From positions 80,104,001 through 80,168,000 of the forward strand of contig OZ024744.1 of the NCBI GenBank assembly GCA_964016885.1: DNA of 64,000 nt. The letters are read 5' to 3'. This stretch comes from Eledone cirrhosa (lineage: Eukaryota). Below, in pieces: positions 24,879 through 37,084 of this stretch (position 1 is the first letter of the stretch; every line of letters starts with the position of its first letter). A model generated the notes under the pieces. It made no database searches and was not told the DNA's origin. It saw nothing but the letters and a program-made list of their open reading frames with translations. The position numbers and the translations under genes are program-made.

Positions 24879-25378
24879 GTCTATTGTCCATTTATTTCAT
24901 ATTTTAATTACTAATTTGTTTATTTTAGTGGTTGAGGTAGACGATAGGCCAAAAATTCCATGAAGTGGTGAAGATGGTTTTAAAAAAAAAATAAAAAAAA
25001 TAAAAAAAAATAAAATAAAAAAAAAATCAATAAAAAAAAAAATCGGCTGACCCATGACGTAAGGATTAGATGACAAAATAAATTTGTAAACCAATACTCT
25101 CTGAAATCACACCTCAACAGGTGGAATAGGAATATAAAATTACCAAACTAAACTATTATATAGGTTTTTAACTCTTTTACAAGGAATTTATTCCAGGACG
25201 TTTTGTTTTTTTTTGGTGGTGGTGGTGTGTGTGTGTGTGGGGGGGGGGGGGGGTATAAACTCTATTTTCTAATTCTGAAGGTGGACAATTGAAAATTAGA
25301 GTGAGGCAATGCCATTCATTACCCCCACCCTGGCGATGGGCCTGTATATTATACCATGACATTATATATATATATATA

Positions 25379-25521
25379 CAGGTGGTGAGAACAGACCTCA
25401 GATCATTGAAGCTCACGGTGGAGATGACGAAGGACCGTGACGAGAGGAGAGATGCTGTGGTGAATAAGACCCGTCCCACCCTTGCAAGCAGGGAAAAGCG
25501 GACGTAAAATGATGATGATGA
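25379..25521 (+). mobile_element. 3' tip of RTE family 1
   Basis: VVRTDLRSLKLTVEMTKDRDERRDAVVNKTRPTLASREKRT* followed by (GAT)n; matches the reverse complement of 13530-13672. Confidence 0.93.
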
Positions 25522-25523
25522 TA

Positions 25524-26820
25524 CAGGGTGTGGACGATATTTGTTGACAATTTTCAACTGCTAATTTTATGCAAATTTTTTTTACTTCCGTTGTCACTCT
25601 TGTCTTCATAAAAACAGTGACTATATTTCCATTATTTATTTTCAGAATAATTGATTATGAATAATTTTGAACCTCCAAATTTGTGGAAGAGAGTTCTTGG
25701 AATCCGCACCGGGAGGACAAATAAGGAAATTTCAGACTTTCTCAGCGTCAGCAGGAGAATGTTGGAAAAGGTCAGAAAGGAATTGGAAGATTCAGGATTC
25801 AACTACGAAGCAACATCAGAGAGGAAAACACATGATTGACGATCTGACGCCTTCAGAATGCCCGAGTTCGTCGCTGAAGTTCAGGATATCATCAACAATG
25901 AACCTAGCAAGTTGATGCATGCCATTGCAAGAGAGAAAGGCGTGGATGAAAAGCTCATTAGGCTGGTTGTACATGAAGACAGTTGCTACGTTTCATACAA
26001 GATGAGGAAAGGAGAATTTCTGTCAAAGGCGATGCAAGAAAAGCGACTGAAGCATGCAAAGAAGCTGATCAACAAGTTGAAACACCCGCTGGAGCCAGAC
26101 ATGCTGTGGTTTTTCTCTGACGAGAAAAACTTCTGCCAAGACCAGAAGATCAACTCCCAGAATAACAGGTGGCTCGCTGTCTCATCCAAAGAGGTACCCA
26201 GAGTCATGCCGACAAAGTTTCCAGCGACAACATTGGTCTTAGGTGTCGTCAGCAGTGAAGGTGACGTCATGCCACCTCACTTCTTCCCTGAGGGCCTCAA
26301 GCTGAACACCGATGGCTACATCCGCGTTCTGAGCGAGGTAGTAAAGCCCTGGATCGACCAGGTAGCTACAAGTAGGCCGTACGTGTGGCAGCAAGACTCA
26401 GCGCCCTGCCATACCTGCCGAAAGACCCAAGCCTGGCTGTCAGAGAACTTCGTTGACCACACTTCACCTGACATCTGGCCTACCAGCTCGCCTGACTGCA
26501 ACCCCCTCGAATTCTTTGTGTGGGGCGCAGTGGAACGAGACACCAACAGATCTAGCTGCAATACGAAAGACGATCTGAAGGCCAGGATCACTAGTGCCTT
26601 TAGGGGCCTAAGTCGGGGTACAGTGACGAAGGCCTATAGCCGGTTCCGAGGCCGCCTTGAGGCCATCATCAAAGCCAATGGCGGGTTTATCAAGCGATCA
26701 AAATAACAAGTCATGAAGACAAACTGACCCAAGTTTGATAAATATATTTTTTAAAAATAAAACTACTGTGTTTTTTTTTCCTAGACAGTAATCTTTCGAA
26801 CAAATATCGTCCTCACCCTG
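25524..26820 (+). mobile_element. Tc1/mariner DNA transposon, maT(DD37D)-like, full length (1297 bp)
   Basis: TA flanks at 25522-23 and 26821-22. TIR CAGGGTG(T/A)GGACGATATTTGTT, 21/22 match. Internal transposase. Confidence 0.96.
25657..26706 (+). pseudogene. Transposase with one in-frame stop (TGA 25837-39)
   Basis: ORFs 25651-25839 (HTH-like) and 25858-26706 are in the same frame. Catalytic motifs FFSDEKNF, WQQDSAPCH, WPTSSPDCNPLEFFVWG. Confidence 0.92.
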
Positions 26821-26824
26821 TATA

Positions 26825-27001
26825 TGTAACGAAAGGTATTACTAGTGGTTGTTAGATGAAATAACAAGAATTGCTGATTTACTTTATATATAAAAAGGTT
26901 TACTTCCTTTCGGTCAAAAAGAACAACAAATAAGTTACGAGTCGCAAAGGTTGACGATGCTATCTTGTTGTTGGTTCATGAGGCTGGTGTAGTCTGAGAC
27001 C

Positions 27002-27040
<39 letters not shown>

Positions 27041-27258
27041 ATGGTGTGAGGTTGTCCTTAGTCCTCACATAGCTATTCTAAAGCATTCTGCTCCAATCTC
27101 TGTGTGGGATGATACAGGCTTTTTATACCTGTCGCCTTCTATCTCCCACCTCGAGGGATCGCCCACGCATGAACCCGTCCACGCCGGAAAGGATGGTGAC
27201 CTAGAATTTGACTTTTAGGTGTCACCCAGGGTTCAAGGCGTGGACAGATCTCGCTACA
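26825..27258 (-). mobile_element. Probable solo LTR (434 bp)
   Basis: Termini TGTAACGA...TCGCTACA (7/8 inverted), TATA on both flanks, TATAAAAAG on the minus strand at ~27119-27127, and an internal (GA)n. Confidence 0.65.
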
Positions 27259-27389
27259 TATATATAATGTGTGCATATACGCACATTATATATATACTTT
27301 GACAATATATATACCACGACAATCATTATATATGTGCTTTGTGTCAGTGTTTGTAGATGATGGTATAAAAACTATATAAATTCCCTTAA

Positions 27390-27607
27390 CCCTTTAGCAT
27401 TTACATTACTCTATATTAACTACTGTATTTTCACAATAAACACTATTTCATATAATTATCTCATATAATGTTGAATCTATGAATAATGATACTATTTATT
27501 TTGAGAACAATACCTTAATATAGGTATGAGCAGCCGGTTACAGCTGGTTTGAACAGAAAGAGGTGAGAAAATTCTGGCCAGATATGGTCGGTTTAAATGC
27601 TAAAGGG
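27390..27607. mobile_element. piggyBac-type MITE, 218 bp
   Basis: TTAA at 27386-89 and 27608-11. Perfect 14-bp TIR CCCTTTAGCATTTA/TAAATGCTAAAGGG. Confidence 0.92.
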
Positions 27608-27944
27608 TTAAGAATCAATTAAATGAATACAGTTGACTATATATATATATATATATTATAGGTCAATATAGTTGACTAAAACAGTTCAAGGGGGTGCTCC
27701 AGCATGGCCTCAGCTCAATGAATAAAACCAGTAGTAAAAGCATGAAAAGACTTTTTATGAAAAAATGCTTAAAAAAGAATTTAAATGTCAGCCATTGTTT
27801 AAGTAAATAATTGATTATACTGTTAAGATGTTGGACTTTTGACTTTACAAGTCCAAAAGTTGAAAAGTCTGTTGATGTCACATATAATTGTCTAAGAGAG
27901 CAAATATACAGTTGTCTATTTGAAATTGCTCCCTATTTTATATA

Positions 27945-28410
27945 CAAATTTCAGCAATTCTGTCATAACACTCCTCTCTCATTACATCTGATGCCTGAGT
28001 GAATGTATGTGTGTGTGTGTGTGTGAAAGGAAGGAAAGGGATCTATCTATATATAAATTTCTATGATTCTGTCACAACACGTAAAGAGAAAGGAGTAGTT
28101 TGACTACCTCATACTATTCCTCTCATTACGACGGCTGCCTGCATTGAATGTATGTGTGTGTAAAAGGAAGGAAGGGGATCTATCTATATATAAATTTCTG
28201 CGATTCTGTCAACACATAAAGAGAGAGTTTGACAACCTCATACTACTCCCCTCTCTTTACGTCTGCTGTCTGCGTGAATATATGTGTGATTAAAATATAT
28301 GTGTGCGTATTTTTGTAAGTGCATCTGCGTTTACATTTATATACTCATACATATAAATGTGTGCATACACACACAACCACACGCGGCAATGTATAGAAAA
28401 AATTCTAGTA
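27945..28410 (+). repeat. Three diverged ~100-140-bp tandem units of an interspersed repeat also present at ~31422-31770 (possibly Helitron-derived)
   Basis: Shared TCTATATATAAATTTCT..GATTCTGTCA..AC...GTTTGAC.ACCTCATACTA.TCC; both regions end near AAAAATT(T)CTAG. Confidence 0.6.
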
Positions 28411-28924
28411 GTGTAAAAACTGTTCAAGGAGGAATGTAGCTTAGTTGTTTGTGTTGGGTTCACAATCATAAGGTTGTGGGTTCAATTACAAAACTAGGAA
28501 ATGCATTGTGTCCTTGAGCCAAGCCCTCCCTGCATCCTTCAAAACTTCCCGAAATTCACCACACACACAAACACACAAGCGTGTGTGTTTGTGTGTATCA
28601 TAATACACTGTTCACTTTCCTGACATGTGTACATTATTCTATGTACTATACATACAACTTTTAAAATGGATCATTTTATTTCATAAAACCAGAGCCAGTT
28701 TTGGCCAGGTTAGTAACTAAAGGGTTAATGAAGAAATCTGAGGGATTTGATATAATTAATAACTATTTCATTACTAAGATAGTAACTTAATGTAAGGTTC
28801 TTATATAAAATTATGTTGGAAGATTTTAATTTAAATTGGAAACCTTTAATATGGGTGGTTTTATTTCATAGAACCAGAGCCAGTTTTGGCCAGGTTGATA
28901 CCTAAAGGGTTAACACTGATTCTG

Positions 28925-29065
28925 CTAACCCAATATCACTCACAAGGTTTTGGACCAACCTAAGGCATAAGGTAAGACATTTTCCCAAGTTGCTCTGCAG
29001 CAGGATTGAATTTGTGATCTCATAATTGCAAAGTGAACTTCACAACCACTCACTTATGCCTGCAT
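28925..29065 (-). mobile_element. Degenerate tRNA-derived SINE (family B); related pieces at ~41725-41850, ~42885-42975, ~49530-49665 (+) and ~55300-55370
   Basis: GGATTGAA (reverse-complement B box) and the shared CAAATTTCACTCACAAGG-like core. Confidence 0.55.
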
Positions 29066-29129
29066 CTGTAGGCTGGTGAATTTGAGGAGGAGAGGAGTAT
29101 CCCTCCCAGGTGCCTCGAAGCATCAAGTG

Positions 29130-29349
29130 GTTCAGGATTGGTAGGGTACCTGAATCAACCCTGGGTGGCTATCCCCCTATTGGGGAATTTTCATTGTTGT
29201 ATTTTTATTCTTTCTTGTTATTGTTTTCCTAGCTTCTTTACTTGATTTTTTGTGTAACCCCCCCCCCCCCCACTGTCCCCGTCTATAGTATTGCCCCCTA
29301 TATGTCGGCCCTTATGGTCAATAAAAACCATTATTATTATTATTATTAT
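29130..29349 (+). mobile_element. LINE 3' UTR remnant; a related copy lies on the minus strand at ~62560-62760
   Basis: CCCCCTATTGGGGA...GCCCTT.TGG..AATAAA followed by a microsatellite tail: (ATT)n here, (TCTA)n in the other copy. Confidence 0.6.
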
Positions 29350-29361
29350 CATTGCTATTGT

Positions 29362-29737
29362 TAGGGCAGTGGATTGGCAGTATCAGTAGACGTTGGACAA
29401 CATACTTTGCAACATATAATTATGTTCCTTTACATTCTGAGTTCAAATCCAGCTGAGATTAGCTTTACCTTTCATCCTTACAGGGTTGACAAAATAAAGT
29501 ACCAGTAATCGACTTTCTTCTCCCCTTCAAATTGCTGGCCTTGTGCCTGAATCATAAACCATTATTATTAGGGCTGTGGATTGTCAGTATCAGTAGAGTG
29601 TTGGACAACATGCTTTGCTTTTCATCCTTACGGAGATTGGTAAAATATAGTACCAGTAACGTACTGAGGTTCTATTTAATCAAATTTTCCCCCTCCCCTT
29701 CAATTGCTGGCCTGTGTTAAATGTAGAAACAATTATT
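29362..29737 (+). mobile_element. Two tandem, older SINE family A copies
   Basis: GTGGATTGGCAGTATCAGTAGA head, GAGTTCAAATCC, TTTCATCCTTAC core, and TTGCTGGCCT...GTAGAAACAATTATT tail. Confidence 0.8.
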
Positions 29738-29888
29738 AGTAGTGAGAAACACTACATTGTAGAAGGAACGAAGAAATAGACAAGTTATCTATAAAATACA
29801 GCATTATCAAAGCTGTGTCTTAGTGTAGAGAGAAGGAATATAAATTTAATATAAATTTAAAAACGATATTTTTGAGAGAGAGAGGGGG

Positions 29889-29934
<46 letters not shown>

Positions 29935-30050
29935 AGTAAAATTGTTGATCAGAAGAGTCACAGGCAGTGATGACTCAACAATTCTTTCTTCCATTCCTGC
30001 TTCATGTGGAAAAGATTCCTTCTTTGATAAACATTATAATTAAATAAATG

Positions 30051-30400
30051 GAAAAAGGGAATAGAAAATGTTCTTCAACATCAACATGATATTTGCTGAT
30101 GGGGGTATATGTAATTAAGCGTTAGTAGGTTTGTAGTTTATTTTTTTTCTCCTTCTCAGTCTTACTTAAAACTATAAACATAGAATTTAACTTAAAAAAT
30201 ACCCCGATGTAAATATTACAGAAAAAAGGGAATAGAAAATGTTCTTCAACATCAACATGATATTTGCTGAGGGAGGTGTGTGTAATTTAGCATTAGTTGG
30301 TTTGTAGGTTGTTGTTGTTTTGTTTTGTTTTTTTTCTCCTTTAAATCTATAAACATAGAATTTAACTTGAAAAAATAGCCCAATGCAAATATTACATATT
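30051..30400. repeat. Local tandem duplication, ~171-bp unit
   Basis: AAAAAGGGAATAGAAAATGTTCTTCAACATCAACATGATATTTGCTGA at ~30052 and ~30223. Confidence 0.8.
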
Positions 30401-30519
30401 TAAATTCTTTTTGCAAACAAAAAAAAAAGCAGAAGAAAAGCAAAATTACAGTATTCTAAGCTTGTTTGATATTTGGATCACTTTATATAGTAGTAGTTAT
30501 TGTTGTTGTTGTTGTTATA

Positions 30520-30832
30520 GTAGTAGCTGTTTAACCCCAGGTAAGACCTGATCTTGTAGACCTATGGACTAAACGGGCTGGTATTAGCATTGTTGTTGGT
30601 CTTGTTCAACCCCAGGTCAGTTCTGATCCTGTAGATCTATGATTGTAGGTTTTTATGATGTGGTGATTGCTGTTGTTTAGCCCCAGGTAAGACGATCTTG
30701 TAGACCTATAAACTAAAGGGGTTGGTGTTACCATTGTTATTGGTCTTGTTTAACCCCAGGTCAGTTTTGAACTTGTAGATCTATGATAGAAGGTATTTAT
30801 GATGTGGTGATGGTTGTTGTTTAACTCCAGGC
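30520..30832. repeat. Degenerate ~75-bp tandem repeat with an alternating A/B dimer pattern
   Basis: TGTTTAACCCCAGGT(AAGAC/CAGTT)...TGTAGA(C/T)CTAT recurs 4-5 times. Confidence 0.75.
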
Positions 30833-32377
30833 CTGTATATTCAGATAAGAGGTCTCTATATCTGTGTTGAAGAATCGTATAGTTATTGAGTGCCCTTGTC
30901 TACAACAGTGATACTGCTGGTGTCACAATAAAATCCATTCAGCCAACACTGTAAAATGGCAGTGCTGGTGCCACAATAAAAAGCACCCAGTACATCCTGT
31001 TAGGTGGTAGTTGCAGTGTCATGATAAAACACACCTGGTACATGCCATGAAATGGTTGGCATTGGGGCGGGCATCCAACCGTAGAAACCTTGCTAGAATG
31101 GAACGCATAGGCAGCGTTGAATTTAGACCTTCGAGGGCCTGGGGCAATTCAGGTTTGGGAGACTCCTCATACACAAAAAATTAGAATACACACCACCAGC
31201 CCCAATTTTACATATCAAAGTTAGCTTGGCGCAAGTAATTGGAAATTGAAAAGTTATACATACAAGTATTAAATTCAAAAATTCTAACCATCCTAAAACT
31301 AAAAAGCCCAGCTGAAGGCACAAATAAATTGCTACAGCTGTCTCAAGTGGGGCCCTTCACTGCAGGGGGTCCTGAGGCAATTAGCCTTATGCTTATGATG
31401 ATGATGATGATTACACAACAAATCTATATATAAATCTCTGTGATTCTGGCATAACATATAAAGGGAGAGGGGTAGTTTGACTACCTCATACTACTCCCCT
31501 CTCTTTACTTCAGCTGCCTGTGTGAATGTGAGTGTAAAAAGGAAGGAAAGGGGTGGTGAAAAAAACTATAGCAAAACAGTAGTTGGTGTTCTATTTGTGT
31601 GTGTATCTGTGTTTGTGTAAATGTATATGTGTGTGTATTTGTGTGAATGTATCTGTAAGTGTGTTTATGTTTGCACGTTTATATTTTATATAATCATACA
31701 TATAAATGTATGCATATGTACATGCACACATATACACATATGCATCAATGTGTTGAAAAAATTTCTAGCGTTGGTAAAATACACTTGTCCAAGATAACAA
31801 TAGACATGATGGATCGAAAGAGTTCTTTCAGAGTAAAAGAAGAAAGCTGGCATATTTAACACACAGCAAAATAAATAAATTAAGATGACAAGATAAAAGT
31901 TCTTAAAGCATTTAATTTTTTACATATACAGATACACACATACATGCACATATACATACATACGCACATACACATATGCACACATACAAATACACGCACA
32001 CATACATGCATGCACACACACGCATCATAATCATCATTGTCTTCAATGTTTAACATCCATTTTTCCATGCTAGCATGGGTTAGACGAATTGTCCCATCGT
32101 AAAACAAGCCAGATCAGATAACCATTTGTTGCGCATACAGAACACACACATATATACACATGCGCACACGTATAGTTCTATATACGAAGCATTTTTTCCC
32201 ATTTGAAGTAGACGCGTTCCATTATCCACTTTTCCAAAAAAAGTATATCATATACAAAATGCCAGCATCAACTGTTTTCCAAGAGATACCAATATTAATG
32301 GGCCAGTTATTTTCTCTAAAAAATTTGTTTACATTCCGCCCTGCCCATCCCTTCAATCTTTCTAATTTCTCATTCTT

Positions 32378-32413
32378 TCTTCTGATGAAGGACTAGCGTC
32401 CAAAACGTTAAGA
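32378..32413 (+). ncRNA. Minimal type I hammerhead ribozyme motif (G12 mutated) in a Penelope-like terminal repeat remnant (~32280-32490)
   Basis: TCTT-CTGATGA-A-GGAC(TAGC)GTCC-AAAACGTT-AAGA; the surrounding sequence is homologous to ~60435-60680. Confidence 0.65.
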
Positions 32414-32589
32414 CCCTCTTCCTGCTATTTCAAGCATTGGACTAATATATTCCTTCCATATACTGTACTGTTTGTGTTATTGCTTTACACATATATATAT
32501 TATACACACACACACACACACATATCTATATCATCATCATCATCTTCATTATCATCGTTTAACATCTATCTTCCATGCTAGCATGGGTT

Positions 32590-32721
32590 TATCTATATCT
32601 ATGTATATATCTATATCTATGTGTATATATATATATCTATGTATATATCTATATATCTATGTATATATCTATATATCTATGTATATATCTATATATCTAT
32701 GTATATATATATATATCTATG

Positions 32722-32758
<37 letters not shown>

Positions 32759-33287
32759 CTATGTATATATCTATATATCTATGTATATATCTATATATCT
32801 ATGTATATATATATATATATCTATGTATATATATATATATATCTATGTATATATATATATATATATCTATGTATATATATATATATCTATGTATATATAT
32901 ATATATCTATGTATATATATATATATCTATGTATATATATATATATCTATGTATATATATATATATCTATGTATATATATCTATATCTATGTATATATAT
33001 CTATATCTATGTATATATCTATATATCTATGTATATATATCTATATCTATGTATATATATCTATATATCTATGTATATATATCTATATCTATGTATATAT
33101 ATCTATATCTATGTATATATATATATATATATCTATGTATATATATATATATCTATGTATATATATCTATATCTATGTATATATATATATATATCTATGT
33201 ATATATATATCTATGTATATATATATATATCTATGTATATATCTATATCTATGTATATATCTATATCTATATATATATATATCTATA
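32590..33287. repeat. Compound microsatellite (ATCTATGT(AT)n)
   Basis: Direct inspection. Confidence 0.95.
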
Positions 33288-33740
33288 AGAAGTAATAGCT
33301 ATGTGAAGAACATACAACCAGTCAACCAGTTCAAGGCTCATCTGCTTAATCATTGAAAATGCAAATAGATAATTAGTTCCCCCACAATCCTGTTAATTAG
33401 CTACAACTATAATAATAACAATAACAACTACTACTACAAGAAGAACAACAACAATACAGGATTATTGTATGAAAGAGAAGGACCATCATAGAATGTATTA
33501 GACTATAATTTAAAGCTTAATGCTGGAGCTTGGATTCAGTCATTTTAAACTAATTTGCTTACTAAATGAAAGGAGTAATACTATAACACACACACACGCT
33601 CTCTCACATACACTATCTCTTTCACACACACACACACAATGTGAGGTCTTTTCATTGTCCTATTTTACACACACACACACACACACACTACGAGGCCATT
33701 TTATTACCTTATATTATGAAGTCGTTTCGTTACCCTATTT

Positions 33741-33783
<43 letters not shown>

Positions 33784-34100
33784 TAAAGCCATATCATTAG
33801 CCTACTTCACACTGATAAAATACGAGGTCCTATCATTACCCTATTTCACATACAAACACATATACACACACACACAATATGAAGTCCTTTCACTTCCCTA
33901 TGTTACACACACACACAAATATGAGGTCCTTTCATTCCCATATTTTACACAAACACACACAAATATGAGGTCCTTTCATTCCCCAATTTTATACACACAC
34001 ATTCAAAATATGAGGTTGTTTCATTACTCTATTTCACATTACAATTATTATAGTCTGATTGGTGCCTAGATATTAAAATAGTGCCAGCTATGTTGCAAAT

Positions 34101-34208
<108 letters not shown>

Positions 34209-34251
34209 CTGTTCTCACACATAACTCCATCTTCCAACTTAACATGAGAAA

Positions 34252-34460
34252 AATAATTGTTTCTACTATAGGCACAAGACCAGCAATTATGGGGGAAGTG
34301 AAAATTGCTTAAATTAACGCCAGTGCATTACTGGTGCTTTATTTAACGACCCCAGATGGATGAAAGGCAAAGCTGATCTTAGTGGCATTTGAACACAGAA
34401 CGTAAAGGGTCGTAATTATGCTGCAAAATATTGTCAGATGCTCTGCCAAAACTGACAATC
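34252..34460 (-). mobile_element. SINE family A, older copy (further copies at ~34770-34918 and ~34943-35046)
   Basis: AATTGTTTCTACTATAGGCACAAG...GGATGAAAGGCAAAG...TTTGAACACAGAACGTAAAG. Confidence 0.8.
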
Positions 34461-35046
34461 CAAATAATAATACTGAGGTACTGTTTCAAAAAAATATATT
34501 GATATTTTAATAATTCTTTTGAGTATTTGATTTAACACCATTTATGTGAACACAAATACTCAGGCAACAAGAAGCTATCAATTCCATACTCCTCCAAAAC
34601 CTTCCACAGCAAGTCCTGAGGAACGCAACCATATATCTTTTCAAGGTCAACAAAACAAGAATATACTTCTTGGCAATACTCTCACGATTTCTCGAATACC
34701 TGCCGCATACCTGAATATTTAGTCAGCTGTGCTTCATCAGCAATTTGGTGGAAGGAAGATGAAGGGAAAGTTGATTATATCAACCCCAATATTTAGGTGG
34801 TATTTTATTTTATTGACCCAGGAAGGATGAAAGGCAAAGTTGTCCTCGGAGGGGTTTGAACTCAGAACTAAACGGTGCAAAGCATTTTGTCTGATCCTCT
34901 AGTGATACTGCCAATCCAGAGCCCTTGATATTTTGATGATAATAATAATGGTTTCTGATTTAAGCACAATGCCAACCATTTTGGGGGAAGGTGAAAGTTG
35001 ATTAAATCAACCCCAGTGCATAATTGGTACTTTATTTTATTGACCA

Positions 35047-35951
35047 CTAGCAGTGGTACCCGGCGTTGCACGGGATAAGGTATTTTGGAACGCAGGCCGC
35101 CAACAGACCTAATCGTGGAAAAACTGCATGCCTGGACAATATGTAAAGAAAATAAACCAAATACTCTGATGGCTGGATAATCTAAGATTTTCCTCGAAGC
35201 AGGAAAAATGTAGGTTTTCACCTTATGCGGGCCCTAGGGGATCAAGAAAATGAATTTTTTTTTATGTGCATAATATGCCTTGAAATTTCGGGAAAATCGG
35301 CTAGACGTAACGCCTCAAAAAAGCCCTAAAAAGCTGAAAAAAATGAAGTTTTTCACCTAATGCGGGCCCTAGGCCATAAAAAAGTTGGATTTTCTTTGCT
35401 CACAGTATAAAGAAGAGACTGACTAATACATAGTTACAATTTCAAGGAAATCGGTCTGACGTAACGCCTCAAAAAACCCCTAAAAAGCTTTAAAAACGCA
35501 GTTTTTCACCTAATGCGGGCCCTAGGAGATCAACAAGTTGAATTTTTTATGTGCATAACACTCCCTGAAACATAAGTAATACACATGTAAAGTTTGAAAA
35601 AAAATCGGTTGGGTACTTCTCGAGTTTTAGGGATTCAAACTCAGACACACACAGACAGACATCTTCAGGGAAGTGACGTAATGCAGACAGCCAGACATAC
35701 AGACAGATATTATAAGGGCGCGACATTATATGTATGTATCTATCTAAAAAGAGAAAGACTAAGAATTATAGAGAAAGATCGCTAAATCGCCAAATGCGGT
35801 CCCTAGGGCATTGAAAATTTCTTTTGCTCAAAACACTCCCTGAAACATAAGTATTACATGTGTAAAGTTTGAAAACAGTCGGTTGGGTGGTTCTCGAGTT
35901 TTAGGGATTCAAACTCACACACACAGACATCCTCAGTTTTATATATATAGA
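35047..35951 (-). mobile_element. Non-autonomous Helitron (905 bp) inserted into a SINE
   Basis: Minus strand starts A|TCTATATATATAAAAC and ends CCCGTGCAACGCCGGG (hairpin)-TACCACTG-CTAG|T. No TSD. Internal ~140-150-bp subrepeats. Confidence 0.9.
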
Positions 35952-36021
35952 TGTAAGGAAGAAAAGCAATTCTAAATAATAATGATTTCTTTATTATTGT
36001 AGGCCTTCTGCCTATAGTAGA

Positions 36022-36445
36022 AATAATTGTTTCTACTTTTGGCACAAGGCCAGCAATTACCCAGTACATTACTGGTACTTTATTTTATCGACCCCGTAAG
36101 AATGAAAGGCAAAGTTAACCTCGGCGGGATTTGAACTCAAAATGGCAAGGGCCGTAACTCTATGCTGCCAAGCATGGCGTCCGACCCTCTACCGATACTG
36201 CCAATTCACCTCTATAGTAGAAATAATAATAGTAATAATGATTTCTAGTATAGGCACAAGGCCAGTAATTTGGGGGGGAGGGGGAAAGTCGATTAAATCG
36301 ACCTCAGTATATTACTGGTACTTTATTTTATCGACCCCCGTAAGGATAAAAGGCAAAGTTAACCTCAGCGGGATCTAATCTCAGACCATAAAGGGCCGTA
36401 ACTATGCTGCAAAACATGGTGTCCGATGCTCAACCGACTCTGACG
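36022..36445 (-). mobile_element. Two tandem SINE family A copies
   Basis: Both carry the tail, core and B box. The first copy has CCTATAGTAGAAATAAT-like sequence on both sides (TSD-like). Confidence 0.88.
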
Positions 36446-36685
36446 AGCAGTACGGTATGTAGAGGCTGGAGAGAAGAGAAGTAAAGCAAGCTTTGATGTA
36501 TATGTGATGATAATTAATACACATGAATGACAAAGCATGAATGAATTGGGAGAAGAAAAAGTGGGCATAAGAAGAATCAGTAGTGAGAGCTGAACGGGGA
36601 AACACTGAACCTCACTGAGGAGATGATGATGAAGGAATACAACAAAGGGAGGCTGTGATGGAAAACACCTGTTTAACCTGTTTAA

Positions 36686-37084
36686 CTCTTTAGCATTTAC
36701 ACCAGCTGTATCTGGCCAGAATTCTCTCACCTCTTTCTGTTCAAACTGGCTGTAACTGGCCACTCATACTTATGTTAAGGTATCGTTCTCAAAATAAATA
36801 ACATCAAAATCTCTAAGATTCAATATTATGTGAGATAAATCCTTTTCTGTGAAAATACAATAGTATATACAGAGTAATGTAAATGTTAAAGGGTTAACCC
36901 TTTACCATTTAAACTGACAATATCTGGCTAGAATTCTCTAACCTCTTTCTGTTCAAACTGACACTAACTGGTATTGTTCTCAAAATAAATAATATCAAAA
37001 TCTCTTAGATTCGATATTATGTGAGATAAAGCCTTTACTGTGAAAATATAATAGTATATATAGAGTAATGTAAGTACTAAAGGG
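36686..37084. mobile_element. Head-to-tail dimer of the piggyBac-type MITE (36686-36893 and 36898-37084)
   Basis: TTAA at 36682, 36894 (shared) and 37085; TIR variants at each end. A further truncated copy starts at 37555. Confidence 0.88.
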
